From: Ostrea edulis
Taxonomy: Eukaryota
Direction of reading: 5' to 3'
NCBI RefSeq assembly: GCF_947568905.1
Contig: NC_079167.1
Coordinates: forward strand, 24,552,001-24,616,000
Length of the DNA: 64,000 nucleotides
Positions 10,816-22,377 of this stretch are shown in pieces. A program made the position numbers and the translations under genes. The notes below the pieces were generated by a model. That model saw only the letters and a list, made by a program, of their open reading frames with translations. It was not told the origin of the DNA and did no database searches. Positions within the stretch are counted from its first letter, which is position 1, and each line of letters starts with the position of its first letter.

Positions 10816-13800
10816 TTAGTTTTTGTAATAAGACACACGCAAAGAATCGTCCCTTACAACAACAGCTTCACACGGCGTGGAAATGACAGAAGCACGTTCA
10901 CTCTGTTGTCTCAGAAGTTCCCCATTTAGAGAACCGAGTGTGGTAAACCTTTCTGGAGGCTTCAGATCCGAATACATCTCCACATCAAATTCTTTCTCGG
11001 CGGCACATGCGTTTTCGGACATGGGCTCCATATCTTCCGTACCGGTCTCCACTTGCTCAAAATTAATGTTTTCATAGGAATGATCCTCCACCAGAGACTG
11101 ATACTGATGGGATGACGATAGTTCTCTAAAGGTCAAGGGTCGTCCATGTGGTGTTTGACTTTCTTGATTTCTACAATTGTATGCATTATACTAGATAAAA
11201 TTAGTTTCAGAGTGTACGGTAGACGGTAGTATATGACATAAGTGACTCAAATGACCTTGAAATATGAGGTATTGTTACCAGTTCACAAGGAGTATTCAAT
11301 ATAACACGAGTAGGATTACAGCCAGCGTGACGTAATGAGTAGAAATAAACATCTTACCTCTCTTGGTTCAGTCTACAGATCTTGAAAAGAAAACCAATGG
11401 ATGCTACAATTAATACTGCTGTTCCTGCTAATATAATGGAATTTACCATCCCTAGAAATAATGAGAAAATATATAAACACCACAAGCAATCATTTTGGTT
11501 TCTGTATCGCCAGTTTTGTTTGTGTACGTCATATATTGATGTAGTGTATACTGTTGAACTATCGTTGTCAGAGGGGACACTCACCTGTTCCCAGATGAGA
11601 AATTCAACGTTGGCGGTATTAATGGGGGATGTCAAGGTGGTAAATGGTAATTGTATTTATAAATATATTGTTTTAATTAAATATATATCCGGGTTTCCCA
11701 AAACTCGAAATTGAAACGGAAATATTGTATGTGATAATAAGAGGTCAACTTATCTAAAGGCTCATTATGAACAAGGGAAACAGAAATTACAGAGAGAACA
11801 GAGATACTAATGCATATGTATTTCAAAATCATTATAACTTATTATGAACAATATTAAGCAAGTGTCTGTGGGAACCAGCCCCTTTTCCCGGCTTTTGTCA
11901 TTTTCTGATCCTCCCTCCCCCACCGAGTGTGACAGTATGTTGTTTCACAAATGAACAAAGAAAAAAAAAAAAAAAGAATATCCTGAAAAAGACTTGAATC
12001 ATGATTCAACCTTTCAAATTTTATTACTTTTTTCTGGTTGCCACCTTATTAGATACGATTTCATGAGTCTATCCGATGAATAAGATGTTTTCACATAGAC
12101 ACACACACACTAAGACAAGAGGCTCATGAGCCACCTGAGTCACCTTAACCTACATGTATATCTAAAGATGTTTTATATATATTAGCATGTGAAACGTTAG
12201 TCTCTATTGTGACCCCATCCTACCCCAGGGGTAATGATTTTTACAAACTTGAATCTGCACTATGTCAGATAGTTACATAGTTAAATCAGTATAATTCTTA
12301 GATTTCCGTTCTGTTCTGTTTTCTATTACGCCTTTTAGCAACACCCCGTATCTAATTTTACAAATAAGTCGGAATAGGGATTACTTTACCCGTCTGTTAC
12401 ATTTTAAAACTTTGTAACTGAAAATAAAGGAGTTTTGAATAAGGTAAGCGTATTCCATTTATACGAGTCATTTTGCCCTTCAGTCTGCCTGCAAATCCAT
12501 GTAACTTTGAATTTAGCATGCGCATAGACGAAGCATATCAATACTTCGGAAATGTCACTTTGTCCGTCGTCTGTCTGTCCATCCTCCTTGCACATACCAA
12601 AACTGGGTTACTGAAAGAAACGGGACTTCAAATTCAATTTAATATCCACTGCGTGATGGATATTATATGTAATTCTATCACATTTTATGATGTCATCGAA
12701 AGCGACATGTGTATTCTTTGGAAAACTAGTTAATCGAAATAGCACTTAGGAATATCTAAAGAGCCAAATTTTTATCTCTACAAAGTTACTTATAACTTTT
12801 AATATAATCTGTATATATTATTTTTCTGGATGAATGGTCTTACAGTGGGTGTCCGTGGGAGATTGTGATTGCGTTATCTGTGATGCACAACTTCCATTGT
12901 TAATAAAACACTCCATTCTACACTCATCCGGACAAATACTTCTACAGTCACTGCCATATCTTCCTGTGTGGCACTGCAAGCACTCGCCACTCGTTTTATC
13001 GCAATTCAAGCAGTTGACTGCGGGACACAAACGTTCACAATATCCACCATAATGACCGTTGGGACAGGATACGCATTCCCCGTTCTGATGACAAAGTCTA
13101 TCTGTACAGACCGACGAACAATTATTTTCGCAAAATGCACCAAATTTTCCTTTCTGACATGAGAAGCAGGTACCATTCACAGGATCACATTTCCCCAGCT
13201 TGCAATAAGGACATATGTTTACACACTGTTCACCATAATATCCACTTTCACATACTGCACAGTGTGCTCCGTGTTGCCCAGGTTCACAGAGCAAGCAGTC
13301 CCCTGTCAATGCTGAACAGGAAAAGTTCTTGCAGTTAACTGAACAGTTCCGCTCACAAAATTCTCCATGACGTCCATCTACACAGTGAGTACACTTCCCA
13401 GTCACGACATTACATTCTCTATCTCTACAATTGCTACTACAAAGTTGAGAGCACCTGTCACCGTAAAATCCAGCTTTGCATTCTACACAGGTCTCGTTAT
13501 TGAAAAGATGTCCGCGATTGCAAAGCTTGCAGAGTCCGGTTTCTCTTTGACAGTGATAATAACATTCTTTGGGACATGTTTTGGTGCAGTTCGCACCCCA
13601 AAGTCCGTTCGCACATTGGTGACATCTTCCCGTTGTTTTGTCACAGCCTGATCTTCCACAGAATCTAGAACACGTTGACGCACAGGACGGCCCGGTATAC
13701 CCTGCCGAACATTGGTCGCACTCTCCAGTGATTTCATTACAAGCTCTGTGACATTCTGGTGAACAAAGCCGACCGCATTCATCCCCGTATGATCCGTTGG

Positions 13801-16800
13801 CACATGCTACAAATACATAGTGTTGAATAGTGGTGCAATTAAAACAATTGGTCATATTAGTTATTTGGTCGATCTAGAAATTTACAGCAATGTGTCGAGA
13901 CTGGATTGTAGATTATTAAATGCACACAGTTAATAATTCTAATTTCTGATATATTTTCTACAGAGATATTGATATGTATTATGCAAGTCATGGTACACCA
14001 ATAGGTTGAAAAAAGCAAAACCTTTCCTTTCTACGATTTTCTTAAACGGGAGTGGTTGGGAGCGTTGTTTAAATTGAAATTTTCACTTACACGTTGCGTC
14101 TACTTCGTATATCATCAAATGCATATGTGGAGGTGCTTGGATTTCAATTGTTGTACCCAGAATCGCTCGCGAACATTCCAGCATTAAGTTTCGTCTATGT
14201 TGGTGTTGGGAGACCTTCAGAGTGTTACAGATAGAATAAGTGTTTGTTACGAGTGACTCGTCCGTTACATACACTGTGTAAGTTATATTGGCACCTGCAA
14301 AAATGGAAGCATGTTGTAATAGTTCCTGGTAAATACGATCTGCTTTATTGTGGAAAAAAAAAAGTACACATATATGCATTTCGTCACTGTAAGATAGGAT
14401 ACAATTTAAATACGTGATATTGAATTTCTTTATTCCAAGGGAAAAACCCGGCATTATCATAATTGATTTGGATATGAATAATAAAATGTGTATTTGTTAA
14501 GGATTCAAAATTGCCTGTCTCTTTGTTGTAGTTGCATGAATCAACCAAGTTATATGACGGGGGGGGGGGGGGGGGGGGACTAGAGGAGGTGCTACGAGTT
14601 TGCAACCCCAACCCCTTCGTTGAATATTTTAGGTCACTTGAGTAAATGCAGATATGCAGAAGATGAACTTTTTTTTCATGATTTGATAGCCCTTGGGGCT
14701 AGTGATACTTTAAACTTAATACACGGGTGATTGAAAGGCCTATGCGCCTTTTGTTTGTGTTTTTTCAAAAAGATAATATTTGCCATTTTGGGGTCGTCAC
14801 ACCCCCTTCCTTGTGTGGGAAAGGTAGAAACTTGGGTCGCACCCCTTTGGAAATTTTCTGGATCTGCTACTGTATAAACAATTTCAAGTTAACTGATATC
14901 CAAGAAAGATGTATTTGCACGATTTGCCATATCCAAACTCAAACTCATTTAACGAAGTTCAGGAGATTACATGACAACTGCTTTAATGATAAACTTCTGT
15001 ACACACGGGGTGTGCACACATAAATATTTTGCGTCTCACCGCATGACCAAGTTCAACAAAGGGAAACAACTATTGAGCATCTCGGATATTGCTAATTTCT
15101 GTGGAAACGAGGGGGTTATTTATCGGTCTTTCCTATCCCCCTCGTTTCTGTCCAAGCCTTCATAAAGTATGTGGGAAACCAGTCTCGCTTCGATTTGAAT
15201 TTATTTCAGCTCACATTGATAAACAATGACTTCAGCGCATGCGTCAATTCATGGCCCAAAAGGGGTGAAATGACTTACTTATTAGTAAATCGCACAAAAA
15301 TCTAACTTTTTCAGTTTATTTCTCATCACACGCATTGCATTTCATTTCTGTGAATGGACTTATTCTTCTGAATATGAAAATGACGAATTACTGGAAACAA
15401 AATAAGTAAAAATGTAATTGGGAATAAAAAAATATTATAAATTACCATTCAAAGTGCGCAGTGTGTACTGCATTCCTGAAATGGGATTAAATATCATATC
15501 AAAGGAACCACATCTCGTGTGTCTATATTCCTCCTTTTTTATTCATTCATTTTTATTTTCATATTTTATTATTATTAATTATATTTATTCATTATACCTT
15601 CCTTTTTTTAGGGGGGGGGGGGGGTCTCTTCTTATAGGGAATTTCATATCATGAATTGAAAAACAACAAATCTATGACAGAACAACAAACCTGTGACAGA
15701 AGAACTTTAAACTGCAAATCAGTGAAGGTGATTAATTTCTGTCTATCTACTTAACATTCATTGGCGGATCTCGAAGGGGGAGGGGATTGCAAGGGCTGCA
15801 ATCCCCCTTTTGATTTTGTCCAGAGTGGGAGAGAGAGAGTTTATTTATGCGGGAAAATGACTTTCAATTGCCCACGTCTCTCCAACATGAGGTCAGCGCT
15901 TGGAAATAGAAGTGGTCAGTCGTAGATTCAATTGATGCCAAGTAGAATGCTTGTTGGAATTCAATAAAGATATTTCCCAACCTGCAGAAATTATAATTTT
16001 ACATAGGCTGCACCTTACCCGTTACCAACTGCAAAGCAGAAAGGTCCTTTTCATTTCAACACGTACTTGTAAAGATGTACTTACGTTCCATAATGGGCAA
16101 GGAGAGACTTTCTGGAGAGGCATTAATGAATGATTACCCCCAATATCAAACTGGACATTAATTATCTAACAAAGAGATTCATTCACATGCATCCGAAAAG
16201 AATCAATTGAATTCTTTTGGGGAAAATGTCAAATGATCAATGCCGGATCAGAATTTAATTTTAAATAATTATGGGGGAGAGATTCAAAACTCCTGCAAGT
16301 TTATGCAATCTGACATCGATATTCATGGACAGTTGTACACTGATTATTATTTCCAACATCATCAAATTTTGTTTTAAGGGGGGGGGGGGGGTTGATGAAG
16401 ACTAAGTGAACATTGAACATTTATCAATGAACATTGTAAATACGTTTGTAATTTTAAACTCTTTTTTAAAGGATGTTTTAATCGGTAACTAACTTATAAA
16501 ACTGCATGCATACGATAAAATAAGTACACTGAACAAAACACATATCATGGTATCAACAGTCATCAAATCCTCTGGTTCACCCCCCCCCCCTTGAAAATCA
16601 AGATCCGCGCCTGATATTATGGTCGAGATCAATCAAACATTATTCATTCCCATATATTTCAACACTTTTGGTTTGTTTGTTTGTTTTTTTATTTATTTAA
16701 AAATTTTTTTGTTTTGTTTTTGTTTTGTTACAACAATGACATTTTTTCAAAACAAACAGCACAACAAATACAATATGCGCATTTGTTTCAGACAATATCG

Positions 16801-19683
16801 AGCATGCGATTACATTTAAATTACATTTTCTTTTATTTTTCATTCCACCAAACACTAAGAATAATTTACGTAACAACATCCTTTTTATCTATATTGTTTT
16901 CTGTATTTTCATATTCAGAAAAATATGTCCATTCACAAAAATACGATGCGTGTGATGAAAAAATTAACTGAAAAAGTTAGATTTTTGTGCGATTTATTAA
17001 AGTAAAGCATTTCACCTCTCTTGGGCCTCTAGCTGTTTTACAAAATAAGGTGACGCATGCGCTGAAGTCATTGTTTATCATGGAGGCGAATTTGATAGCG
17101 AAAGGATGTAGTGTTTGAAATGACGACGATTTTCGTTGCTCTAATGTGGAATTGAATGCTTTCAATTGTATTCCCTTGCGGCAAAACCATTCATGAATTG
17201 ATTTATGTAAGTTTTCGAACGATTCACATCAAATGTAAGCTGAAATAAATTCAAACCGAAGCGCGACTGATTTCCCACATACTTTATGAAGGCTTGGACA
17301 GAAACGAGGGGGATAGGAAAGACCGAATATAAATAACCCCCTCGTTTCCACAGAAACTAGGATATTGCATACTTAGTGATGGGAGTGAGGTAATCTCACT
17401 GAAACTGTTCTAGTGCATGAAAGTGTGAAGACATTCCTATACAGAATACAAAATCAAGAGTAGGGTAAACACGGACCCCTGGACACAGCAGAGGTGGGAT
17501 CAGGTGCCTAGGAGGTGTATGCATCCCCTGTAGACCAGCCACACCCACCGTGAGCCGTATATCTTGATCAGGTAAACGGGGTAATCAGTAGTCAAAAATT
17601 AGTATGTAAAAACGTCCTGACATTTGGTATCAAACATCAGTATTTGACCTACACATGTATATCAGGTTATATTTGTAAAATACGTTGTTATAACAACCAC
17701 AAAATTTGTGAAATGCTGACTTTACAAGAGAATGTTGAAACCTCCGTAGCATCAACTTATTTGTCAATACCCTGTCTCGATGTGAAAATTGATCATAGAC
17801 AGAACATGCTCTTTTACCTGTGTCCATGGTAATGTTGATTTTGGTGATGTTGTGGTATCTGTCTAATTGCACTCTCCACCACACGGCGGTACTCCTCTCC
17901 TGTACTTTAGAGTAAGTCTGTATGTCACCATCAACGGCTTTATTGGCATTGAATAACTCTGAGTAGGTATTATCTTGAGATGCAAGTTTCTGGTACATTA
18001 TATGTTCTAAAAATAAGAAATTTGCATATTATGAAACTCAAAGGAAAGAAATGCCGCTTTAATTTGATAAAATTTCTTGTACTACGATTTTCACAAATCT
18101 AGGAAATTCATTAAATAAGAAAATCTAAAAAGTTGTAGAACTCTTTTGTACTGTCAAATTGCATTTTATTAATTTGTCCTTTATACAAATAAAGCTGACT
18201 GATAATGTCTCGAGAGTTAAATTGGTCAAAAATGAACTGAAATTCTGATTTATATCTTTCCACTGGGATGTAATAAAATAGTTTATGTGACATCAGTTAT
18301 TGTATGACACCATTATAGATACATTAACCATGTTAGCCTGGAAACAAAAAAGTATATATCACCACTGCCGGTGAAGGGCTGCAAAATTTAGGCCTACATT
18401 GTATGTTCGGTGCTTATGGCCTTTGAGCAGGGAGGGGTCTTTATCGTGCCACACCTTTTGTGACACGGGACCTCAGTTTTGACGGTCTCATCCGAAGGAC
18501 CGCCCCATTTAGTCGTCTTCTACGACAAGCAAGGGGTACTGAGGATCTATTCTAACCCGGATCCCCACGGGCCATTAGGGGGGTGGGTGGGTTAAACACA
18601 TAATGGTGACCACTGAACATGTATTTCCCGATTGCACTTTAAAAAGGTCAAAAACCTTCAGAGAACAAACTATATTAACATCTATCAATGGGCCGTGAAC
18701 ACAACTATATTTAGCCTTATACATGTAACTAGGTACCTTTTTGACAGTGATTTCGTTTGGATCCGCTCCATCCTAAGTCACATACTTGACATCCGCCCCG
18801 ACAGTTTTTGGCGCAGTGACACATACACACAGACGTGGAGTTAGAGAGAATTTTACACTGACCTGTTTAATAGTTGTTATCCAGAGTTAAAAATGTTCAA
18901 AGACTTTCCGGTTATATCTAAAGACGACAGATGATTAAAAACCGTAGGGAATAGACCACAAAGATATCAAAATCTTCATATTCATTTACATATTTTAATG
19001 AACAAGATATTGTGAATTGTTTAAATTTCTAAACAAAAATGTACGCCATATATTTATGTTCATTCACATCACTAATATATTTTTTCTATTCAAGTTTATG
19101 TCGCCAGTCCACTACTTGTTTTTATACCCCTCGTAGAAGAACAATGTGAAGATAACAAAATGTGATCAAATTGATTGAACATTCCTATAAAACAATATGC
19201 ACTTTTATTTGAATCTAGCACAAGTAAAAGGAAAGACAACTACAAATATTACAAAGTTTTTCTAATTTTTCGTATTACCTGGAATATTTCTAAATACTAA
19301 ATAATCTACATTTCAAAAATGGAGTCCCGCTTCCCTCTTATATCATCCATTTATCTTGTTTACACTTACAAGCAGTGCATGTGATTAAAATGAAGTTAAC
19401 ACGCCGTATTCAATTTAACATCCAAAGAAAACGGTTACCATTGATTTCTTTATCGCGGGCATTGTGTACTTAGAAATTAAAATGAAATTATATGCACAGT
19501 TCAAGTGGGGTGGGGGAGACGGACACTTCGATCATGTACATAAGCGAATAAAACTTGAATGAACAAAATCATTGCAGCACATAAATCGATTAACTTAGAA
19601 TAAGTAGATTTACCTTCTACTTCGGCGTTGTTTATCAGTAGGATTAATAGTACTAGCATGGATACTGGTCCGATATCAGCCAT
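10816..19683 (-). CDS. MEGF10/SREC-like type-I membrane receptor: signal peptide, F5/8C (fucolectin-like) domain, EGF-like repeats, TM, Tyr-motif tail; 6 exons, 624 aa
   Basis: Exons 19683-19614, 18006-17818, 14294-14091, 13806-12844, 11451-11358, 11170-10816, all GT/AG; 1875 nt in frame. Contains MADIGPVSMLVLLILLINNAEVE (signal peptide), ASQDNTYSELFNANKAVDGD...WWRVQLD...ITKINI (F5/8C/F-lectin-like), about 7 Cys-rich C..C..G.YG..C repeats, NSIILAGTAVLIVASIGFLF (TM), and a cytoplasmic tail with YQSL, YENI and YSDL. Confidence 0.88.
12115..12290. mobile_element. Helentron/HINE fragment in receptor intron
   Basis: aacaagaggctcatgagccac terminus and gatttttacaaacttgaatctgcactatgtcag unit are reverse-complementary to the 46582-47355 element. 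Confidence 0.6.
15093..17359. mobile_element. Long-TIR Mutator-like/foldback non-autonomous element with 9-bp TSD
   Basis: Exact 9-bp duplication GGATATTGC at 15084-15092 and 17360-17368. TIRs of about 220 bp (TAATTTCTGTGGAAACGAGGGGG... / ...CCCCCTCGTTTCCACAGAAACTA); the right arm has an extra internal segment. Lies in intron 2 of the receptor gene. Confidence 0.85.
15759..16613 (+). mobile_element. Deleted hAT element (C-terminal dimerisation-domain remnant) nested in the Mutator-like element
   Basis: Termini CATTGGCGGATCT...AGATCCGCGCCTG. Translation near 15970-16130 gives FPNLQKL*..GCTLPVTNCKAERSFS...KMYLRSIMGKERLSG.ALM, the hAT dimerisation motif. The 8-bp TSD is not conserved. Confidence 0.7.
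17446..17771 (-). mobile_element. Penelope-like element 3' end (RT C-terminus plus 3' tail)
   Basis: Reverse-complement match to the 53181-53555 copy (acacggacccctggacac..gaggtgggatcaggtgcctagg). Confidence 0.65.
18340..18570 (-). mobile_element. SINE (related subfamily), 5'-truncated
   Basis: Reverse strand reads cccgtggggatccgggttagaatag...gtcccgtgtcacaaaaggtgtggcacgataaagaccc...ttttgcagcccttcaccggcagtggtga; shares its core with 967-1275 and 44536-44660. Confidence 0.75.
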
Positions 19684-20563
19684 TTGTGTGTACTGATAAT
19701 GATTGTCTCTTATTGTTCTACGTTTCCGCATTACTCTGCTCTACTTTTCCCATTAAACATTCTGCCATCAAACCCGTATATAGATACCTTCCTCAACGGA
19801 AAGGTTTGACCTTTGATCCCTACAGAATGATCACAAAGGCCTTGCATCGTATTTTCAGAATCTTTCCGAGATTTTTACCAGTCTTTTTTGTTTGCGTTAC
19901 ATGTACAGATGGCAAAAAATGCAAAGACTGAGTGCGCCAGGAATTTCACTATGAAAATCGTACCATTGATTATTATTTATCATGTTGATCATCTCAAGTG
20001 TATCTAAAGGAACAGTTTTTGAAAAATGTAATTCAGATGCATGTGTAAAGTGGTTTTCTTCTGTAAGTACCGTTAAGTAGTTTACAATGGCCTGGCGTAA
20101 GGAGGAAGGAAGACAAATTAACGAGGACCATCATAAGATCAATATCACGAAATAAATAAAGATACAAATGCTGAGGAAGTTTCGTCAAATATTTTCTTCG
20201 TATTGGTTGGAGTAGTACTTTATAATTGTGTTTTCTTGCAGGAATTGAAATTATTGGTAAGATGATTTAAAAATTGATATTGAATGCAAAATTAAATATC
20301 GGAGGTTAATTTTATACAAACATGGTTGTACTATTTACCAGATTTTTCCGGTACCTGTCCTCTTTCTCAATAATAATAACTAGTTCTTTGTTGCAAACTT
20401 TTTTTTTTTCATTGACTTGTCTAGCAGACCATGTGTTCGGATCATAACAAATTTGCAAATTACAAGCAACCTTATGAGAAGTAAAATGCATACATTCATC
20501 AAATCCACCGCTTAAATTTAAGCATCATTAACAATTTGCAAGGGATCGTATAGAAATTGCAAT

Positions 20564-20902
20564 ATCACAAGATATTGAACATGCATCACAAGATTATCGA
20601 ATATACATCACAAGATATTGAATATACATCACAAGATTATCGAATATACATCACAAGATATTGAACATACATCACAAGATTTTGAATATACATCACAAGA
20701 TTATCGAATATACATCACAAGATATTGAACATACATCACAAGATATTGAATATAACTCACAAGATTATCGAACAAATATCACAAAATATTGAACATACAT
20801 CACAAGATATTGAATATACATCACAAGATATTGAACATACATCACAAGATATTGAATATACATCACAAGATATTGAACATACATCACAAGATTATCGAAT
20901 AT
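20564..20902. repeat. 21/22-bp minisatellite (~16 copies) at the duplication junction
   Basis: Units atcacaagatattgaa(c/t)atac and atcacaagattatcgaatatac alternate irregularly. Confidence 0.92.
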
Positions 20903-21433
20903 AGCAACGTTTTACACGCCATAGAACTGTGATCAAATTGATTAAACATTCCTATAAAACAATATGCACTTGTATTTGAATCTAGCACAGGTGAAAAGAA
21001 ATACAACTACAAATATTACAAAGTTTTTCTAATTTTTCGTATTACCTGGAATATTCCTAAACACTAAATACTCTACATTTCAAAAAATGGAGTCCCGTTT
21101 CTCTCTTATGAAAGGTGAAGATAACGAATATTGATCAATCTCATAACATCATTATATTATCCATTTATCTTGTTTACACTCACAAACAGTGCATGTGATT
21201 AGAATGAAGTTAACACTTACGCCGTATTGAATTCGACATCCAAAGAAAACAATTACCATTGATTTCTTATCGCGGACATTGTGTACTTAGAAATTAAAAT
21301 AAAAATTATATGCACAGTTCAAGTGGGGTGGGGGAGACGGACACTTCGATCATGTACATAAGCGAATAAAGCTTTTGAATGAACAAAATCATTGCAGTAC
21401 ATAAATCGATTAACTTACAATAAGTAGCTTTAC

Positions 21434-21503
21434 CTTGTACTCTGGCGTTGTTTATCAGTAGGATTGAGAGTACTAGCATGGATACTGGTCCGATATCAGC
21501 CAT
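21434..21503 (-). CDS. Duplicate signal-peptide exon (alternative first coding exon) of the receptor gene
   Basis: ATG...MADIGPVSMLVLSILLINNARVQ-G|GTAAAG; 70 nt, phase 1, same length and phase as 19614-19683, with intact ATG and donor. Confidence 0.7.
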
Positions 21504-22377
21504 TTGTGTGTACTGATAATGATTGCCTGTTATTGTTCTACGTTTCCGCATTACTCTGCTCTACTCTCTCCCCCCCCCCCCCCCCCCCTAAAACATTCTG
21601 CCATCAAACCCGTATAGATTTTGACCTTTGAACCCTACAGAATGATCACAAAGGCCTTGCATCGTATTTTCAGAATCTTCTCGAGGTTTTTACCAGTCTT
21701 TTTTTGCGTTACCAATGGCAAAAAATGCAAAGACTGAGTGCGCCAGGAATTTTACAATGAAAATCGTACCATTAATTATTGTTTATCATGTTAAATATGA
21801 TCATCTCAAGTGTATCTAGAGGAACGGTTTTTGAAAAATCTAATTCAGATGCATGTATAAAGTGCTTTCATTCTGTAAGTACCGTTAAGTAGTTTACAAT
21901 GGCTTGGCGTAAGGAGGAAGGAGGACAAATTAAAGAGGACCATCATAAGATCAGTATCACGAAATAAATAAAGATACAAATGCTGAGGAAGTTGCGTCAA
22001 ATATTTTCTTCGTATTGGTTGGAGTAGTATTTTATCATTGTGTTTTCTAGCAGGAATTGAAATTATTGGTAAGATGATTTAAAAATTGATATTGAATGCA
22101 AAATTAGATATCAGAGGTTAATTTTATATAAACATGGTTGTACTATTTACCAGATTTTTCCGGTATCTGTCCTCTTTCTCAATAATAATAACCAGTTCTT
22201 TGTTGCAAACTTATTTCTTTTTTTCCATTGTTTTGTCCAGCAGACCCTGTGTTCGGATCATGACACATTTGCAAATCACAAGCAACCTTATGAGAAGTAA
22301 AATGCATATATCAAATTCACCGCTAAAATTTAAGCACCAATAATTATTTTCAAGGGTTCGTACAGGCATTGCAATAT

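Noticed and set aside
11585-11640. Extra receptor exon suggested by ORF 11354-11635 and a strong CAG|GTGAGT donor
   Set aside because: No usable in-frame AG acceptor was found upstream; exon 12844 splices in frame directly to 11451.
12834-13803. Plus-strand and alternative-frame ORFs over the EGF exon
   Set aside because: Shadow ORFs of the Cys-rich exon on the minus strand.
20564-20902. CRISPR-like array
   Set aside because: Head-to-tail units with no unique spacers, in eukaryotic context with no cas genes.
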